From: an uncultured Treponemataceae bacterium
Lineage (GTDB): Bacteria > Spirochaetota > Spirochaetia > Treponematales > Treponemataceae
Direction: 5' to 3'
Length of the DNA: 60,180 nt
NCBI GenBank assembly: GCA_964371295.1
Contig: CAYJLT010000001.1
Span: forward strand, 1 to 60,180
Part shown: positions 47,299 through 57,039 of the stretch, piece after piece
Layout: the number at the start of each line of letters is the position of its first letter
Numbering within the stretch: position 1 is the stretch's first letter
Position numbers and translations under genes: made by a program
Notes under the pieces: model-generated
Told to the model about the DNA's origin: nothing
Databases searched by the model: none
What the model saw: only the letters and a program-made list of their open reading frames with translations

Positions 47299-48210
47299 TT
47301 AATCCCATACAAAATGATATGGCGTTTCTTGATATACATAATTTATCCAGTTATAGTAGAATAGGTTTGCATTGCTTCGCCATGTAGATAAAGGAATCGT
47401 TGTAGCATCGTCATTTGTAAAGTAGTTCACTGGCATTTCTATATCAAGCCCTTTGCTAATATCACGTTTATATTCGCTAGCAAGGGTGTCTGCATCATAT
47501 TCAAAATGCCCTGTTACAAATATTTTTCTATCATCTTTTGATTTAACAAGCAAGACACCCGCTTCATCAGACTCTGCTAAAATACACAAGTCTGTGTTTT
47601 TTTCAATATCACTTTTTCTAACCTCAGTATGTCTCGATTGAGGTGCAAAAAAAACATCGTCGAAGCCTCGAAGCAGCGGTTCATTTTGCATGTTTTTCTT
47701 ATGCGCAAATATTCCAAACATTTTCTTATCTAACGTATATTTGGGAATCCCAAAATTATAGTAGAGGCCTGCTTGTGCACCCCAACAAATATATAAGGTA
47801 GAAAAAACCTTTTCTTTGGCATACTCCATAATAGCTGTTAGCTCATCCCAGTAATCAACATCTTCAAACGGTATTTGCTCTACAGGGGCTCCCGTAATTA
47901 TCATTCCATCAAAGCGTTGTGATAGCACTTGCTTTGAGTTAATATAAAACTTTTGCAAATGTTCTTCACCGGTATTTTTTGCTGTATGTGTTTCCATATG
48001 GACAAGAGAAATCTCTATTTGTAATGGAGTGTTCCCCAATAAGCGCAATAACTGTGTCTCTGTCGCTATTTTAGTTGGCATCAGGTTAACTATTGCAATT
48101 TTAAGAGGCCTGATATCTTGATGTGTTGCTCTTTCATCTGTCATCACAAAGATGTTTTCTGCTTCTAGAACTCCTCGTGCTGGCAAATCTGATTGAATTT
48201 TTATAGGCAT
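47299..48210 (-). CDS. metA: Homoserine O-acyltransferase (MetA family)
   Basis: [32 protein letters not shown] is the canonical MetA N-terminus. The ATG at 48210 is preferred over the ORF-track start at 48282. Confidence 0.92.
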   Translation of the reverse strand: MPIKIQSDLPARGVLEAENIFVMTDERATHQDIRPLKIAIVNLMPTKIATETQLLRLLGNTPLQIEISLVHMETHTAKNTGEEHLQKFYINSKQVLSQRFDGMIITGAPVEQIPFEDVDYWDELTAIMEYAKEKVFSTLYICWGAQAGLYYNFGIPKYTLDKKMFGIFAHKKNMQNEPLLRGFDDVFFAPQSRHTEVRKSDIEKNTDLCILAESDEAGVLLVKSKDDRKIFVTGHFEYDADTLASEYKRDISKGLDIEMPVNYFTNDDATTIPLSTWRSNANLFYYNWINYVYQETPYHFVWD

Positions 48211-48219
48211 AACGGCTTT

Positions 48220-48228
48220 ACTATAGCA
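48220..48228 (-). promoter_or_regulatory. Extended -10 promoter abutting the metA start (near-leaderless candidate)
   Basis: On the minus strand: TGCTATAGT, then 9 nt, then the ATG at 48210. No SD is present. Confidence 0.6.
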
Positions 48229-48243
48229 CATTTTACTATTTTT

Positions 48244-48252
48244 TGCTATACT
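48244..48252 (+). promoter_or_regulatory. Extended -10 promoter abutting the esterase gene start (leaderless candidate)
   Basis: TGCTATACT, then 6 nt (TCCCAT), then the ATG at 48259. No SD is present. Confidence 0.6.
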
Positions 48253-48258
48253 TCCCAT

Positions 48259-49158
48259 ATGAAAATGCAACAAACAAAACAAGCTATTAAAAAACTAAAA
48301 ACGCTCGTTGCCACCCCTTCATCCGATATTGATAAATTTCGAAGCGATATAGAAGAAACATTTGCCTCCCCCATTTTACCCAATCGCGTTGAGTTAGAGC
48401 AAACTATAATAAATGATATTGAATGTGAAGTGTTGTTGCCAGAAGTTTGTTCAACATCCCAAGTTCTATTGTATGTGCATGGAGGGGCTTTTGTTGGCGG
48501 TTCCCCTGAGTCTTGGAGAGGTTTTTGTGCAACTCTTGCCCATGCATCGTGTGCAAAACTCATCCTTCCAAAATATCGCTTAGCACCACAGCACCCGTAC
48601 CCTGCAGGGTTTGATGACATTAAAGCAGTAATTAAAAAGTTATATTCTGAATCAAAGAATATTATTTTGCTTGCAGATGGCTCTGGCGCAAGTGTTGCCC
48701 TTGGTGTTCTTTTAAAAATAAAAGGTGCATTTAGAAAAAAAATAAAAGGCATTGTTCTTTTTTCACCATGGCTTAATGTTTCGGACGACTTAGAAAACCC
48801 AACATCCTTAAAACCAACCAAAGATAAAATTCTAACACCACAAGCATTAAAGTGGTGTGCAGAAATGTATACTTATTCTGAAAATTTAAAAAGCCCTTTT
48901 GTTTCTCCTGTTTTTGCAGAACAATTGATGCTTGAAAATTTTCCCCCTGTCTACATACAAGTTGCAAAAGGGGAGCTTATTGAAACTGATATACTATATT
49001 TTCAAGGACGACTTCGCAAATTTGGCATAAAGTGTGAAGTGGACCGCTGGGAAGGCATGATGCACATGTTTCAACGAGCAGATGAGTTTTTAGAAGAAGC
49101 CCATTTAGCAATAGAAAAAGTTGGAAAATATATTAGAGATAAAGAGGATATACTATAA
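48259..49158 (+). CDS. Alpha/beta hydrolase (hormone-sensitive-lipase-like esterase family)
   Basis: VHGGAF oxyanion-hole motif, LLADGSGAS near the nucleophile position, and a C-terminal GMMHMF. The ATG at 48259 is preferred over 48193. Confidence 0.75.
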   Translation: MKMQQTKQAIKKLKTLVATPSSDIDKFRSDIEETFASPILPNRVELEQTIINDIECEVLLPEVCSTSQVLLYVHGGAFVGGSPESWRGFCATLAHASCAKLILPKYRLAPQHPYPAGFDDIKAVIKKLYSESKNIILLADGSGASVALGVLLKIKGAFRKKIKGIVLFSPWLNVSDDLENPTSLKPTKDKILTPQALKWCAEMYTYSENLKSPFVSPVFAEQLMLENFPPVYIQVAKGELIETDILYFQGRLRKFGIKCEVDRWEGMMHMFQRADEFLEEAHLAIEKVGKYIRDKEDIL

Positions 49159-50591
49159 TGGAATTAGTTTGTCCCGCAGGAAATATAGAGAAGTTACGGT
49201 ATGCATATGAATATGGAGCTGATGCGGCATATATTGGCTTAAAGAATTTTTCCCTCCGTGTAAAAGCAGATAATTTCCATGATGAGGAATTTTTAGCAAT
49301 ACGAGACTTAAAAAATAGGTTCCCAAAAAAACTCTTGTTTTGTGCAATGAATATTACTTTCCACAACAAAGACCTAGATGCTTTTTTAAGTGAAGTTGAC
49401 TATTTTAAACAATATCCTTTTGATGCTTTTATTATTCAGGACATTGGCATGCTAAACCTCATTCAAAAACACTTTCCAAACACGAAGATACATCTTAGCA
49501 CCCAAGCAAATTGCATAAATAGAGAGGCCGTAAAGCTATATAAATCTCTAGGCTTTGATAGAATAGTTGTAGGCAGAGAAGCTTCTTTGAATGAAATACG
49601 CGAAATAAAAGATGCAGTACCAGAGATGGAAATTGAAGCTTTTGGTCACGGAGCTATGTGTATTGCCTATTCTGGTAGGTGCTTAATGAGTGCTTATATG
49701 AATGGAAGGAGCGCAAATGCTGGAGCCTGCTCCCACTCTTGTAGATGGGATTTTGATATAAAAACATCAAAAGAGTTAGCACAAAGCGGGGAACTTGTTT
49801 TAGAAGAAAAAAAACGCCCTGGAGAATATTTTCCTGTTTTTGAAGGAGAAAACTTTACCGCTGTTCTCTCTTCTAAAGACCTTTGCATGATAGATTATCT
49901 TACAGATTTTAAAAACGCAGGGGTTGATGCCTTAAAAGTTGAAGGCAGAATGAAAAGCCTTTATTACGTTGCCCTTGTTGCAAGAGCCTATAGAAAGGCT
50001 ATCGATGCAAAAGAAGGGGACATTACAGAAGAGACAGCAAAGCCCTTTGTATCTGAATTATTTAACCTTCAGCATAGGGCTTTTGGAACAGGCTTTTATT
50101 TTGGTCCCGATGATGCAAATGAAACAACCTCTGGAGAATCTTCTGGTGAATATGAAATGGCAGGAACAATTGATAAGCCATTAACAAGTGATGAAGCACA
50201 AAAAATTATTTTAGAAGGCATTAAAACAGTAGAAACCTTTGAAAAGCAATTGCAGTCTCTACACCCTGATGCAAAAATGGCGAAAGAAAAAGATTATTCC
50301 GACCACCCTGAAAAGGTTCCTCACGCACCAAAAGAACAAAACGACTGGTATTTTTATCCCTTTAAGGCAATGAACAAAATAGAAGAGGGCGTTCCCTTTG
50401 AGTTTATCGGCCCAGATACAGATCGCTTAAGCCTTGATAAAAAAAGTTATTGCTTTGTTAATCCTACTGATGGCACCATAATGCAATGGGTAAGCTACGG
50501 CCATGAGGCTCTATTATACACAAGCGAAACTTTAGGGGAAAATTGGATTATGAGAATGAAAACAAATAAAGTGCGGACTGCAGCACGGTAA
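49158..50591 (+). CDS. Peptidase U32-family protein
   Basis: ELVCPAGN..GADAAYIGLKNFSLR N-terminus and a cysteine cluster CIAYSGRC..AGACSHSCRW. Its start overlaps the upstream stop by 1 nt. Confidence 0.85.
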   Translation: MELVCPAGNIEKLRYAYEYGADAAYIGLKNFSLRVKADNFHDEEFLAIRDLKNRFPKKLLFCAMNITFHNKDLDAFLSEVDYFKQYPFDAFIIQDIGMLNLIQKHFPNTKIHLSTQANCINREAVKLYKSLGFDRIVVGREASLNEIREIKDAVPEMEIEAFGHGAMCIAYSGRCLMSAYMNGRSANAGACSHSCRWDFDIKTSKELAQSGELVLEEKKRPGEYFPVFEGENFTAVLSSKDLCMIDYLTDFKNAGVDALKVEGRMKSLYYVALVARAYRKAIDAKEGDITEETAKPFVSELFNLQHRAFGTGFYFGPDDANETTSGESSGEYEMAGTIDKPLTSDEAQKIILEGIKTVETFEKQLQSLHPDAKMAKEKDYSDHPEKVPHAPKEQNDWYFYPFKAMNKIEEGVPFEFIGPDTDRLSLDKKSYCFVNPTDGTIMQWVSYGHEALLYTSETLGENWIMRMKTNKVRTAAR

Positions 50592-50613
50592 AAATGCATA
50601 AAGGAAAAAAAAT

Positions 50614-51543
50614 ATGAATACAGCAATTTTATGGGATATAGAAAATGTTACCCCGCCCCTGGGGATGAATTATGTACAGATGATAAAAGACTCAATTTCT
50701 GAAGAAGGTCATATTAACTATGCGATGGCATTTGGAAACTGGAATGCAAAACATATAAGCGAAATATCAAAAGAACTTGCAGACAATAGCTTTGAGCTCT
50801 TACATGTTCCTCCGTCAGGAAAAGACAGCTCCGATATGGCAATGGTTGCTCGAGGGGTAGAACTAATTTTTCAATACCCCCATATAGAAAGATTTGTGCT
50901 TATTACAGGCGATGCAGACTTTCGCCCCCTATTACAAAGCTTAAGAAAATATGGTAAAAAAACCTTAGTTATTTGTGACGTTACAAGAAATGCCTCTGAA
51001 GACTTACTTAGAATGGCAGATGATTTCAAAGATTACAGGGATATAATTGATGCTACTGATTCAGCAGATAATAATGAAGATGCTGTAGCACATGAAAAAT
51101 CTCTTTCTCGTGAGCAAAGTTTTGAGTTATTAGAAGACACTGTTTCTACGATGATAAAAGAAGGCAAAGAGCCTTTCTTAGGTGCTGTAAAAATACGTAT
51201 GAAATTATTAAATTCGCGCTTTAATGAAAAACAGCTCGGGTACAGAACTTGGAAGGCCTTTATAAACGCCGCAATAAAAGTAACAGCTATAAAATTCTCA
51301 GAAGAGGAACATAATAAACTACAATTGCAAGCACAAACACAAAAAGGTCTCCCGAAAGAATTTACAGAATTATTATCAATCTTAAAAAGTGACGAATGGA
51401 AATCCTTTGCCGATGCAGCAAAGAATATTGACTATAAAAAATACGGTTATGCTCGCTTCAAAAAGCTAGCCCACGATGCAGAAAAACGAGGTCTTGTCCA
51501 ATTAAAAAACACAGGGCTCATTTGGCACTTAAAAAAACGATAA
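50614..51543 (+). CDS. NYN (LabA-like) domain protein with two OST-HTH/LOTUS-like domains
   Basis: N-terminal ILWDIENV and LITGDADF acidic motifs of NYN nucleases. Two C-terminal segments (LGYRTWKAFI, YGYARFKKLAHDAEKRGLV) resemble OST-HTH. Confidence 0.75.
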   Translation: MNTAILWDIENVTPPLGMNYVQMIKDSISEEGHINYAMAFGNWNAKHISEISKELADNSFELLHVPPSGKDSSDMAMVARGVELIFQYPHIERFVLITGDADFRPLLQSLRKYGKKTLVICDVTRNASEDLLRMADDFKDYRDIIDATDSADNNEDAVAHEKSLSREQSFELLEDTVSTMIKEGKEPFLGAVKIRMKLLNSRFNEKQLGYRTWKAFINAAIKVTAIKFSEEEHNKLQLQAQTQKGLPKEFTELLSILKSDEWKSFADAAKNIDYKKYGYARFKKLAHDAEKRGLVQLKNTGLIWHLKKR

Positions 51544-51552
51544 GGAATAGCA

Positions 51553-52224
51553 GTGAAAGACTTAACATGGGAACATATACAAGGGGCAATCTTTGACCTT
51601 GATGGTACGCTCGTTGACTCAATGCAAGAATGGCAAAACATGGGGCACACTTATATAAAACTCAAAAACCTAGAACCCGAAGAAAAACTAAATGAAAAGT
51701 TATATCCTCTTACCATCATTCAAACAGCAGAATACCTCAATATCACATATGGTTTAAATTTAGATAAAGAAACTATTATTAAAGAGTGCAATGGCGTTAT
51801 GGAAGCAGCATATAACACAACAGTGCCATTAAAACCCTTTGTAAAGGAGTTTTTGGACCTTCTAAAAGAAAAAAACATCCCTATGTATGTGGCAACTGCA
51901 ACAGATAGACATTTAGTAGAAATTGCTTTAGAAGGACATGGTATTGCAAAGTACTTTAAAGGTATCGTAACTTCAACAGAGGCAGGAAGCGCAAAGGCAG
52001 AATCTCCTGCAATTTTTGACATGGCTAGAAAAACTCTAGGCTCCCCTTTAGGAAAAACAGTTATATTTGAAGATTCTTTTCATGCAATAAAAACGGCTAA
52101 GGAAGCAGGATACCCCGTTGCAGCACTTTATGATTTAGCCGCACAAAGAGACTTAGAAGAAATTAAAAAAATATCCGATTGGTATTCTGATACTTTTGAA
52201 GCGTATGTAAAGGCTTTATCCTAA
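51553..52224 (+). CDS. HAD-superfamily hydrolase (beta-phosphoglucomutase-like subfamily)
   Basis: Motif I is IFDLDGTLVDS, and a later FEDS motif is present. A GTG start follows AAGGAA. Confidence 0.85.
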   Translation: MKDLTWEHIQGAIFDLDGTLVDSMQEWQNMGHTYIKLKNLEPEEKLNEKLYPLTIIQTAEYLNITYGLNLDKETIIKECNGVMEAAYNTTVPLKPFVKEFLDLLKEKNIPMYVATATDRHLVEIALEGHGIAKYFKGIVTSTEAGSAKAESPAIFDMARKTLGSPLGKTVIFEDSFHAIKTAKEAGYPVAALYDLAAQRDLEEIKKISDWYSDTFEAYVKALS

Positions 52225-53906
52225 AACAGTCCCGAAATGTTTCCTTCGTCATCTACGTCTATAGAACAAGCTGCGGGAACTTTTGGTAAGCCTGGCATGG
52301 TCATAATGTCGCCTGCTAAAACGACCACAAAGCCCGCCCCTGAATACAATTGCACATCGCGAACAGGGAACACGTAATCTTTTGGAGCACCAAAAAGAGC
52401 CTTATCGTGGCTTATGGAGTTTTGTGTTTTTGCAACACAAATAGGTAGGTTTACGTATCCTGCCTCGGTGTACTCTTTTAGTTTTCGTAAGGCTAAAGGG
52501 GAAAACTCAACACTCTTTGCCCTGTATATTGTTGTTGCAAGCTTTTCAATTTTGGTTGTAAAAGGCTCTGAGAGCTCATATAAGGGCTTAAAATGGCTCT
52601 TTTTTGCATCAATTGTACTCACAACTGTTTTTGCTAATAAAGAGGTTCCTTCGCCACCTTTTTCCCAACCTTCGCTTAACACACATTCCACACCTTGGTT
52701 TTTGCAAAGTTCTGTAACAGCGTTAACTTCTGCCTCTGTGTCTAGCATAAATTTGTTAAGGGCAACAATTGCAGGAACACCAAACTTAGAAATGTTTTCG
52801 ATGTGGGTTTGCAGGTTTTCAAAGCCTTTTTTCACGGCTTCAACATTTTCTTTTGATAAGTCGTCTTTTTTTACACCACCGTGCATTTTAAGAGCTCTAA
52901 TTGTTGCAACAATAACAACTGCGCTTGGCTCAATTCCTGCACTTCGGCACTTTATATCCATAAACTTTTCTGCACCCAAATCGGCAGCAAAGCCAGCTTC
53001 AGTTACCACATATTCCCCTAGTGCAAGCGCGCTTAGAGTTGCATTTACGCTGTTGCATCCATGTGCAATGTTTGCAAATGGACCACCGTGCACAAAGGCT
53101 GGCGTTTTTTCTAAAGTTTGTACTAAGTTAGGTTTTATAACATCTTTTAAAAGGGCTACTATGGCTCCAGCAACACCGAGAGATTTAAGCGTTACAAATT
53201 GCTTTGAATAATTTTTTGCAATAATAATGGAGTTTATGCGTTCTTTTAATTCTTTTATGTTTTTTGATAGGCATACAATTGCCATAATTTCACTTGCTAC
53301 GGCAATAGAAAAATGATCTTCTCTTGTTACCCCGTCACCTCTTTCGCCAAGCCCCACAATAACGTTTCGCAAAACTCTGTCGTTTAAATCAACACACCTT
53401 TTCCACGTTACCGTTTTGGGGTCAATGCCGAGTTCGTTTCCCTGCTGAAGATGGTTATCAATAAGGGCTGCTATAAGATTGTTTGCAATAGAAATGGCAT
53501 GAATGTCACCAGTAAAATGAAGATTTATGTCTTCCATAGGGACAATTTGCGAATATCCACCGCCGCAGGCCCCTCCTTTTACCCCAAAGCATGGTCCTAA
53601 AGAAGGTTCTCTAAGTGCTATAATAGATTTTTTTCCTATTTTTCGAAGGCCATCACCTAAGCCTACTGTTACGGTAGACTTTCCTTCTCCTGCTGGAGTG
53701 GGTGTTACGGCCGTAACAAGGATAAGCTTTCCTTTTTTTTCTAAAGGAATATTTTGCAACTCTTGTAATTTTTTAAGTGATAACTTTGCCTTATATCTAC
53801 CAAATGATTCTATATCTTCATCACAAAGTGAAAGATTTTTTGCAATGTCTGCAATAGGTAACATTTCATTTTTTTGAGCAATTTCAATGTCCGTCAGTGT
53901 TTTCAT
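52221..53906 (-). CDS. fhs: Formate-tetrahydrofolate ligase
   Basis: SDIEIAQ-type N-terminus (LTDIEIAQ) and PTPAGEGKST. The ATG at 53906 lies 8 nt after GAGGA, inside the 3' end of the upstream gene. Confidence 0.95.
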   Translation of the reverse strand: MKTLTDIEIAQKNEMLPIADIAKNLSLCDEDIESFGRYKAKLSLKKLQELQNIPLEKKGKLILVTAVTPTPAGEGKSTVTVGLGDGLRKIGKKSIIALREPSLGPCFGVKGGACGGGYSQIVPMEDINLHFTGDIHAISIANNLIAALIDNHLQQGNELGIDPKTVTWKRCVDLNDRVLRNVIVGLGERGDGVTREDHFSIAVASEIMAIVCLSKNIKELKERINSIIIAKNYSKQFVTLKSLGVAGAIVALLKDVIKPNLVQTLEKTPAFVHGGPFANIAHGCNSVNATLSALALGEYVVTEAGFAADLGAEKFMDIKCRSAGIEPSAVVIVATIRALKMHGGVKKDDLSKENVEAVKKGFENLQTHIENISKFGVPAIVALNKFMLDTEAEVNAVTELCKNQGVECVLSEGWEKGGEGTSLLAKTVVSTIDAKKSHFKPLYELSEPFTTKIEKLATTIYRAKSVEFSPLALRKLKEYTEAGYVNLPICVAKTQNSISHDKALFGAPKDYVFPVRDVQLYSGAGFVVVLAGDIMTMPGLPKVPAACSIDVDDEGNISGLF

Positions 53907-55563
53907 GTTTTTTTTCCTCAAATACATGTCCAATTATCGCTTTCGCAACGGTTTCTCCATCCATTGCAGAAGAAACAATTCCTCCAGAATAGCCTGCTCC
54001 TTCTCCACAAGGAAAGACTCCTTTTAAAACAGGGTTTTCGCATGTTTGAGAGTGGCGTAATATTCTAAGAGGTGTAGAAGTCCTTGTTTCTGGGGCAATT
54101 AAGACCGCTTCTTCACATACAAAACCTTTTACCTTTTTGTCAAATTCATGAAAGGCTTCTTGTAGCCTAAGCGAAATATGCTCAGGGAGCCATAAATCTA
54201 AGCGAGAAGAAACAAGGCCCGGAACATAAGACGTTTCAGGAAGTGTTTTTGAAAGCCTTCCCTCTAAAAAGTCTTTAAGCCTCTGTGCGGGGGCAGCCTG
54301 TGGGTTTTTTGCCTTTGCTTTTTTTGCTTGGTTAAAAGCTTCTTCTTCTATGCTGTTTCTAAAGTTTAGCCCTGCAAGCACATCATTTCCAAATTCAGAA
54401 GGAATATCTTCAGGCCTTGTTTCAACCACAAAGGCTGCATTTGACCAAACAGAATTTCTTTTTGACGACGACATTCCATTTACAACAAGATGGTTTGATG
54501 CACTTGAAGAAGGTACAACAAAACCACCTGGGCACATACAAAAAGAATATACACCACGCCCTGCAATTTGCGCGGTAAGTTTATATTCTGCAGAAGGAAG
54601 GTTCGCCTCTTCATTTGACTGCCCATATTGAATGTGGTCAATAAGCTCTCGAGGATGTTCTAATCGAGCCCCAATTGCAAAGGTTTTGGCTTCTAAAGCT
54701 TGTTGTAACACATAGAGTCTATTATCACTGGTAACGCTCGCATGTGCAAGAGCAGCCTTTGCAACGAGCCTATAAATATCATCCGCAGAGTGCCCTGTTG
54801 CAAGCAATACGCTTTGCGCGTCTATGCTTTCTTTTTTTTGTGTTTCTGTATTTTCAATTTGTACTGCTCTTATATGATGATTTTCATCAAAATCAAAATC
54901 TACACACTTTGTATTAAAACGAATTTCACCGCCAAAAGAGCGAATAGTTGCCGAGATAGCGCTAATTATTTCAGGTAGTTTTTCTGTTCCTATGTGCGGG
55001 TGTGAATCCGATAAAATTGATTTATCTGCGCCGTGATGATGTAGAATTGACAAAATATGTGAAATATCTCCGCGTTTATTTGAACGGGAATACAATTTTC
55101 CATCAGAAAAGGTTCCTGCTCCCCCTTCTCCATAACAGTAATTCGAGTTTTCTTCAACCTTACCTGTTTTACTTATTTCTGCAATATCCTTTTTTCTTTG
55201 CGTTGCTTCATGACCTCTTTCAATAATTACTGGTTTAATCCCTTTTTCTAAAAAAGAGAGTGCCGCAAAAAGACCAGCTGGCCCTGCTCCAATGATTATA
55301 ACTTTTTTTGTTGCGTCGGCCTCTTTCCACTCTGGGGCAAAGCTGTCTGATGGGGTTTCCCCCACATATACTGCATACCTAATATGAATCTTTACATCTT
55401 TGCGCCGTGCATCTATAGACTTTTTTTTACAGACAATTGCAGAAACTTCTGAGCTTCCTACATATGTACCACTATCACTTAACATGCGCAAGATTCTTTT
55501 TTTAACTAATTCTTTGTCGTCCTCTTGTCCTGGAAAAAGAGTTAACATTACCTCATAAATCAT
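53884..55563 (-). CDS. FAD-dependent oxidoreductase (COG2509-like)
   Basis: KVIIIGAGPAGLFAA dinucleotide fold, and C-terminal GEGAGYSGGIVSSAMDG. The ATG at 55563 is preferred because a promoter abuts it. The ORF track starts at 55647. Confidence 0.8.
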   Translation of the reverse strand: MIYEVMLTLFPGQEDDKELVKKRILRMLSDSGTYVGSSEVSAIVCKKKSIDARRKDVKIHIRYAVYVGETPSDSFAPEWKEADATKKVIIIGAGPAGLFAALSFLEKGIKPVIIERGHEATQRKKDIAEISKTGKVEENSNYCYGEGGAGTFSDGKLYSRSNKRGDISHILSILHHHGADKSILSDSHPHIGTEKLPEIISAISATIRSFGGEIRFNTKCVDFDFDENHHIRAVQIENTETQKKESIDAQSVLLATGHSADDIYRLVAKAALAHASVTSDNRLYVLQQALEAKTFAIGARLEHPRELIDHIQYGQSNEEANLPSAEYKLTAQIAGRGVYSFCMCPGGFVVPSSSASNHLVVNGMSSSKRNSVWSNAAFVVETRPEDIPSEFGNDVLAGLNFRNSIEEEAFNQAKKAKAKNPQAAPAQRLKDFLEGRLSKTLPETSYVPGLVSSRLDLWLPEHISLRLQEAFHEFDKKVKGFVCEEAVLIAPETRTSTPLRILRHSQTCENPVLKGVFPCGEGAGYSGGIVSSAMDGETVAKAIIGHVFEEKKHENTDGH

Positions 55564-55569
55564 ATAAAA

Positions 55570-55580
55570 AGTATATATCA
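55570..55580 (-). promoter_or_regulatory. -10 region abutting the 55563 start (leaderless candidate)
   Basis: On the minus strand, TGATATATACT contains overlapping TATATA and TATACT hexamers, 8 and 6 nt from the ATG. TTGAAA lies 15 nt upstream. No SD is present. Confidence 0.55.
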
Positions 55581-55650
55581 TTTTTGTAAAATTTTCAAGA
55601 AAAAACGTATTTAATGAAATTTTTCTCACACGAACAAGGTAATACATAAA

Positions 55651-55677
55651 AAAAAGCTACAATTTTTGTAGCTTTTT
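55651..55677 (-). terminator. Intrinsic terminator after the cNMP-binding protein gene
   Basis: AAAAAGCTACA attt TGTAGCTTTTT. The stem is flanked by A/T runs, so a U-tract follows it on both strands. Confidence 0.65.
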
Positions 55678-55696
55678 ATAATAAAGATTTGCTTTT

Positions 55697-56956
55697 TTAG
55701 CTAGACCGTAAGCTCGCTTTTGTATCTACAATACGTCTCATGTCTACAATATTTGCAACTATCATATATGTGTCAAAAACTTCAAGTTTTCGTTTTTCAA
55801 CAAATTTATTAACTTCATCACGCGCGACATCAAAAGGAAGTCCTGCCCAATGAGCGAGATCTTGAATAGTTAAACTGAACTGTCTCGAGCGATCCCCCCC
55901 TTGTGGGTTTCTGTTCATTTCGTCAAACATTAGGAATACATCTGCTATTCTCGCTTGAAGATCTTCAATAACAAGTATTTTAAATCTTCTTTTTTGATCA
56001 TATATTCGTTTACAAAACAACTTTAACAAAATTAGTGCAATTTGTGGATTGCCCATAATTAGTACTTCAAAATTTTCCTTGTTGAACTCTAGCACTTCAA
56101 CTCTGTTTAATGCAACGGCTGTTGCAGAACGAGGAGTGTTTTCTAGAATTGCCATTTCCCCAAAAAATTCAGATGGCTTTAAAATATCTATATTCTTTTT
56201 AGAGCCTTTTACGCATTTTACTAGTTGAACTTGTCCAGACTGTATTAAATAAAAACTATCTCCAGGTTCATATTCAGAAATAATAACAGTTTCGGGCTCA
56301 AATATTTTTGCAAACCGAGAAAAAGTAGGTAAAGAAAACTGCTTTAGAGCTGAAGAGTTTCCAGTAATTTCTTCTTCTGATTCTCCCACATGTGCCACTT
56401 TTTTTGCACGCCCCCCTTGTAGGTCCAATCGCCTTTTTGAAGAAGCATATAACTTTGCAACCTCCTCTTTTTTTGACGTGTTAGGGAACCGTGAAAGAAG
56501 TTTTGTACAGACATCGCAACAGGCTTTATATTGCTCGTCATCAAAAAAACTTTGTGCAACAGATATCATTCCAGTTACTTGATCAATATCAAGTTCGCTT
56601 TTCAATATGGATTCTGTTTTTCTATGTATAGACCTTAATTGATTTGAAAAAACTTTTAACATTTTCATAATAACTTGTCTATTACCACTAAACATTTTTT
56701 CAAACTCTTGTACTGTTAGCGCTATAGCACTAGCTTCTGTCACTACGGTAGCAGTTTCTTCTCGAGGAAAGTGCCCTAAGGATGATTTTACACCAAAGAA
56801 TTCCCCTTCTCGTATATGTTCTGTTGCGGGGATGTTTGTTTCAATATCAGTGCTCGTTAATAGAACCATTCCCTTTTGGAGAATGAAAATCCGCTCATCC
56901 ATATCGCCTGCGAAATAAATGATAGAACCTTTTGTGTACTGCATTGCCTTTGGCAT
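55697..56956 (-). CDS. Tandem cyclic-nucleotide-binding-domain protein with C-terminal HTH-like region
   Basis: Two CNB-type modules (EGEFFGV..ETATVV and PSEFFGEMAIL..RSATAVA) are separated by a ~100-aa helical linker. The C-terminal SLTIQDLAHWAG is Crp-like. Confidence 0.8.
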   Translation of the reverse strand: MPKAMQYTKGSIIYFAGDMDERIFILQKGMVLLTSTDIETNIPATEHIREGEFFGVKSSLGHFPREETATVVTEASAIALTVQEFEKMFSGNRQVIMKMLKVFSNQLRSIHRKTESILKSELDIDQVTGMISVAQSFFDDEQYKACCDVCTKLLSRFPNTSKKEEVAKLYASSKRRLDLQGGRAKKVAHVGESEEEITGNSSALKQFSLPTFSRFAKIFEPETVIISEYEPGDSFYLIQSGQVQLVKCVKGSKKNIDILKPSEFFGEMAILENTPRSATAVALNRVEVLEFNKENFEVLIMGNPQIALILLKLFCKRIYDQKRRFKILVIEDLQARIADVFLMFDEMNRNPQGGDRSRQFSLTIQDLAHWAGLPFDVARDEVNKFVEKRKLEVFDTYMIVANIVDMRRIVDTKASLRSS

Positions 56957-56973
56957 TTTTTACCTCTATGAAT

Positions 56974-56982
56974 AGTATATCA
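56974..56982 (-). promoter_or_regulatory. Extended -10 promoter (proximal) of the cNMP-binding protein gene
   Basis: On the minus strand, TGATATACT is followed by a 17-nt leader containing AGAGG, which ends 6 nt before the ATG. Confidence 0.5.
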
Positions 56983-57000
56983 CATAATGTAACTTTTTTC

Positions 57001-57009
57001 ATTATATCA
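57001..57009 (-). promoter_or_regulatory. Extended -10 promoter (distal) of the cNMP-binding protein gene
   Basis: On the minus strand, TGATATAAT lies 44 nt upstream of the ATG at 56956. Confidence 0.4.
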
Positions 57010-57023
57010 CAAAAATAAAATTT

Positions 57024-57032
57024 ATGATATAG
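57024..57032 (+). promoter_or_regulatory. Extended -10 promoter abutting the PHP gene start (leaderless candidate)
   Basis: TGATATAGT, then 7 nt (TTTATTA), then the ATG at 57040. No SD is present. Confidence 0.6.
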
Positions 57033-57039
57033 TTTTATT

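Noticed and set aside
48700-48720. Esterase nucleophile elbow reads ADGSGAS rather than the GDSAG/GxSxG form, raising the possibility of an inactive enzyme.
   Set aside because: I cannot fix the alignment register by eye. A serine is present within one residue of the expected position, and the HGG and C-terminal His motifs are intact. The evidence is too weak to claim loss of activity.
52414-53211. Long ORFs antisense to well-supported genes: 265 aa opposite fhs, 219 aa at 57755-58414 opposite comM, 191 aa at 48246-48821 opposite the esterase, 141-144 aa at 12814-13239 and 9823-10257, and 154 aa at 37900-38364.
   Set aside because: Each lies fully inside a gene with strong family motifs on the other strand. 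Their translations are low-complexity (Ser/Pro/Ala/Phe-rich) with no motif, SD or promoter. These are typical shadow ORFs.
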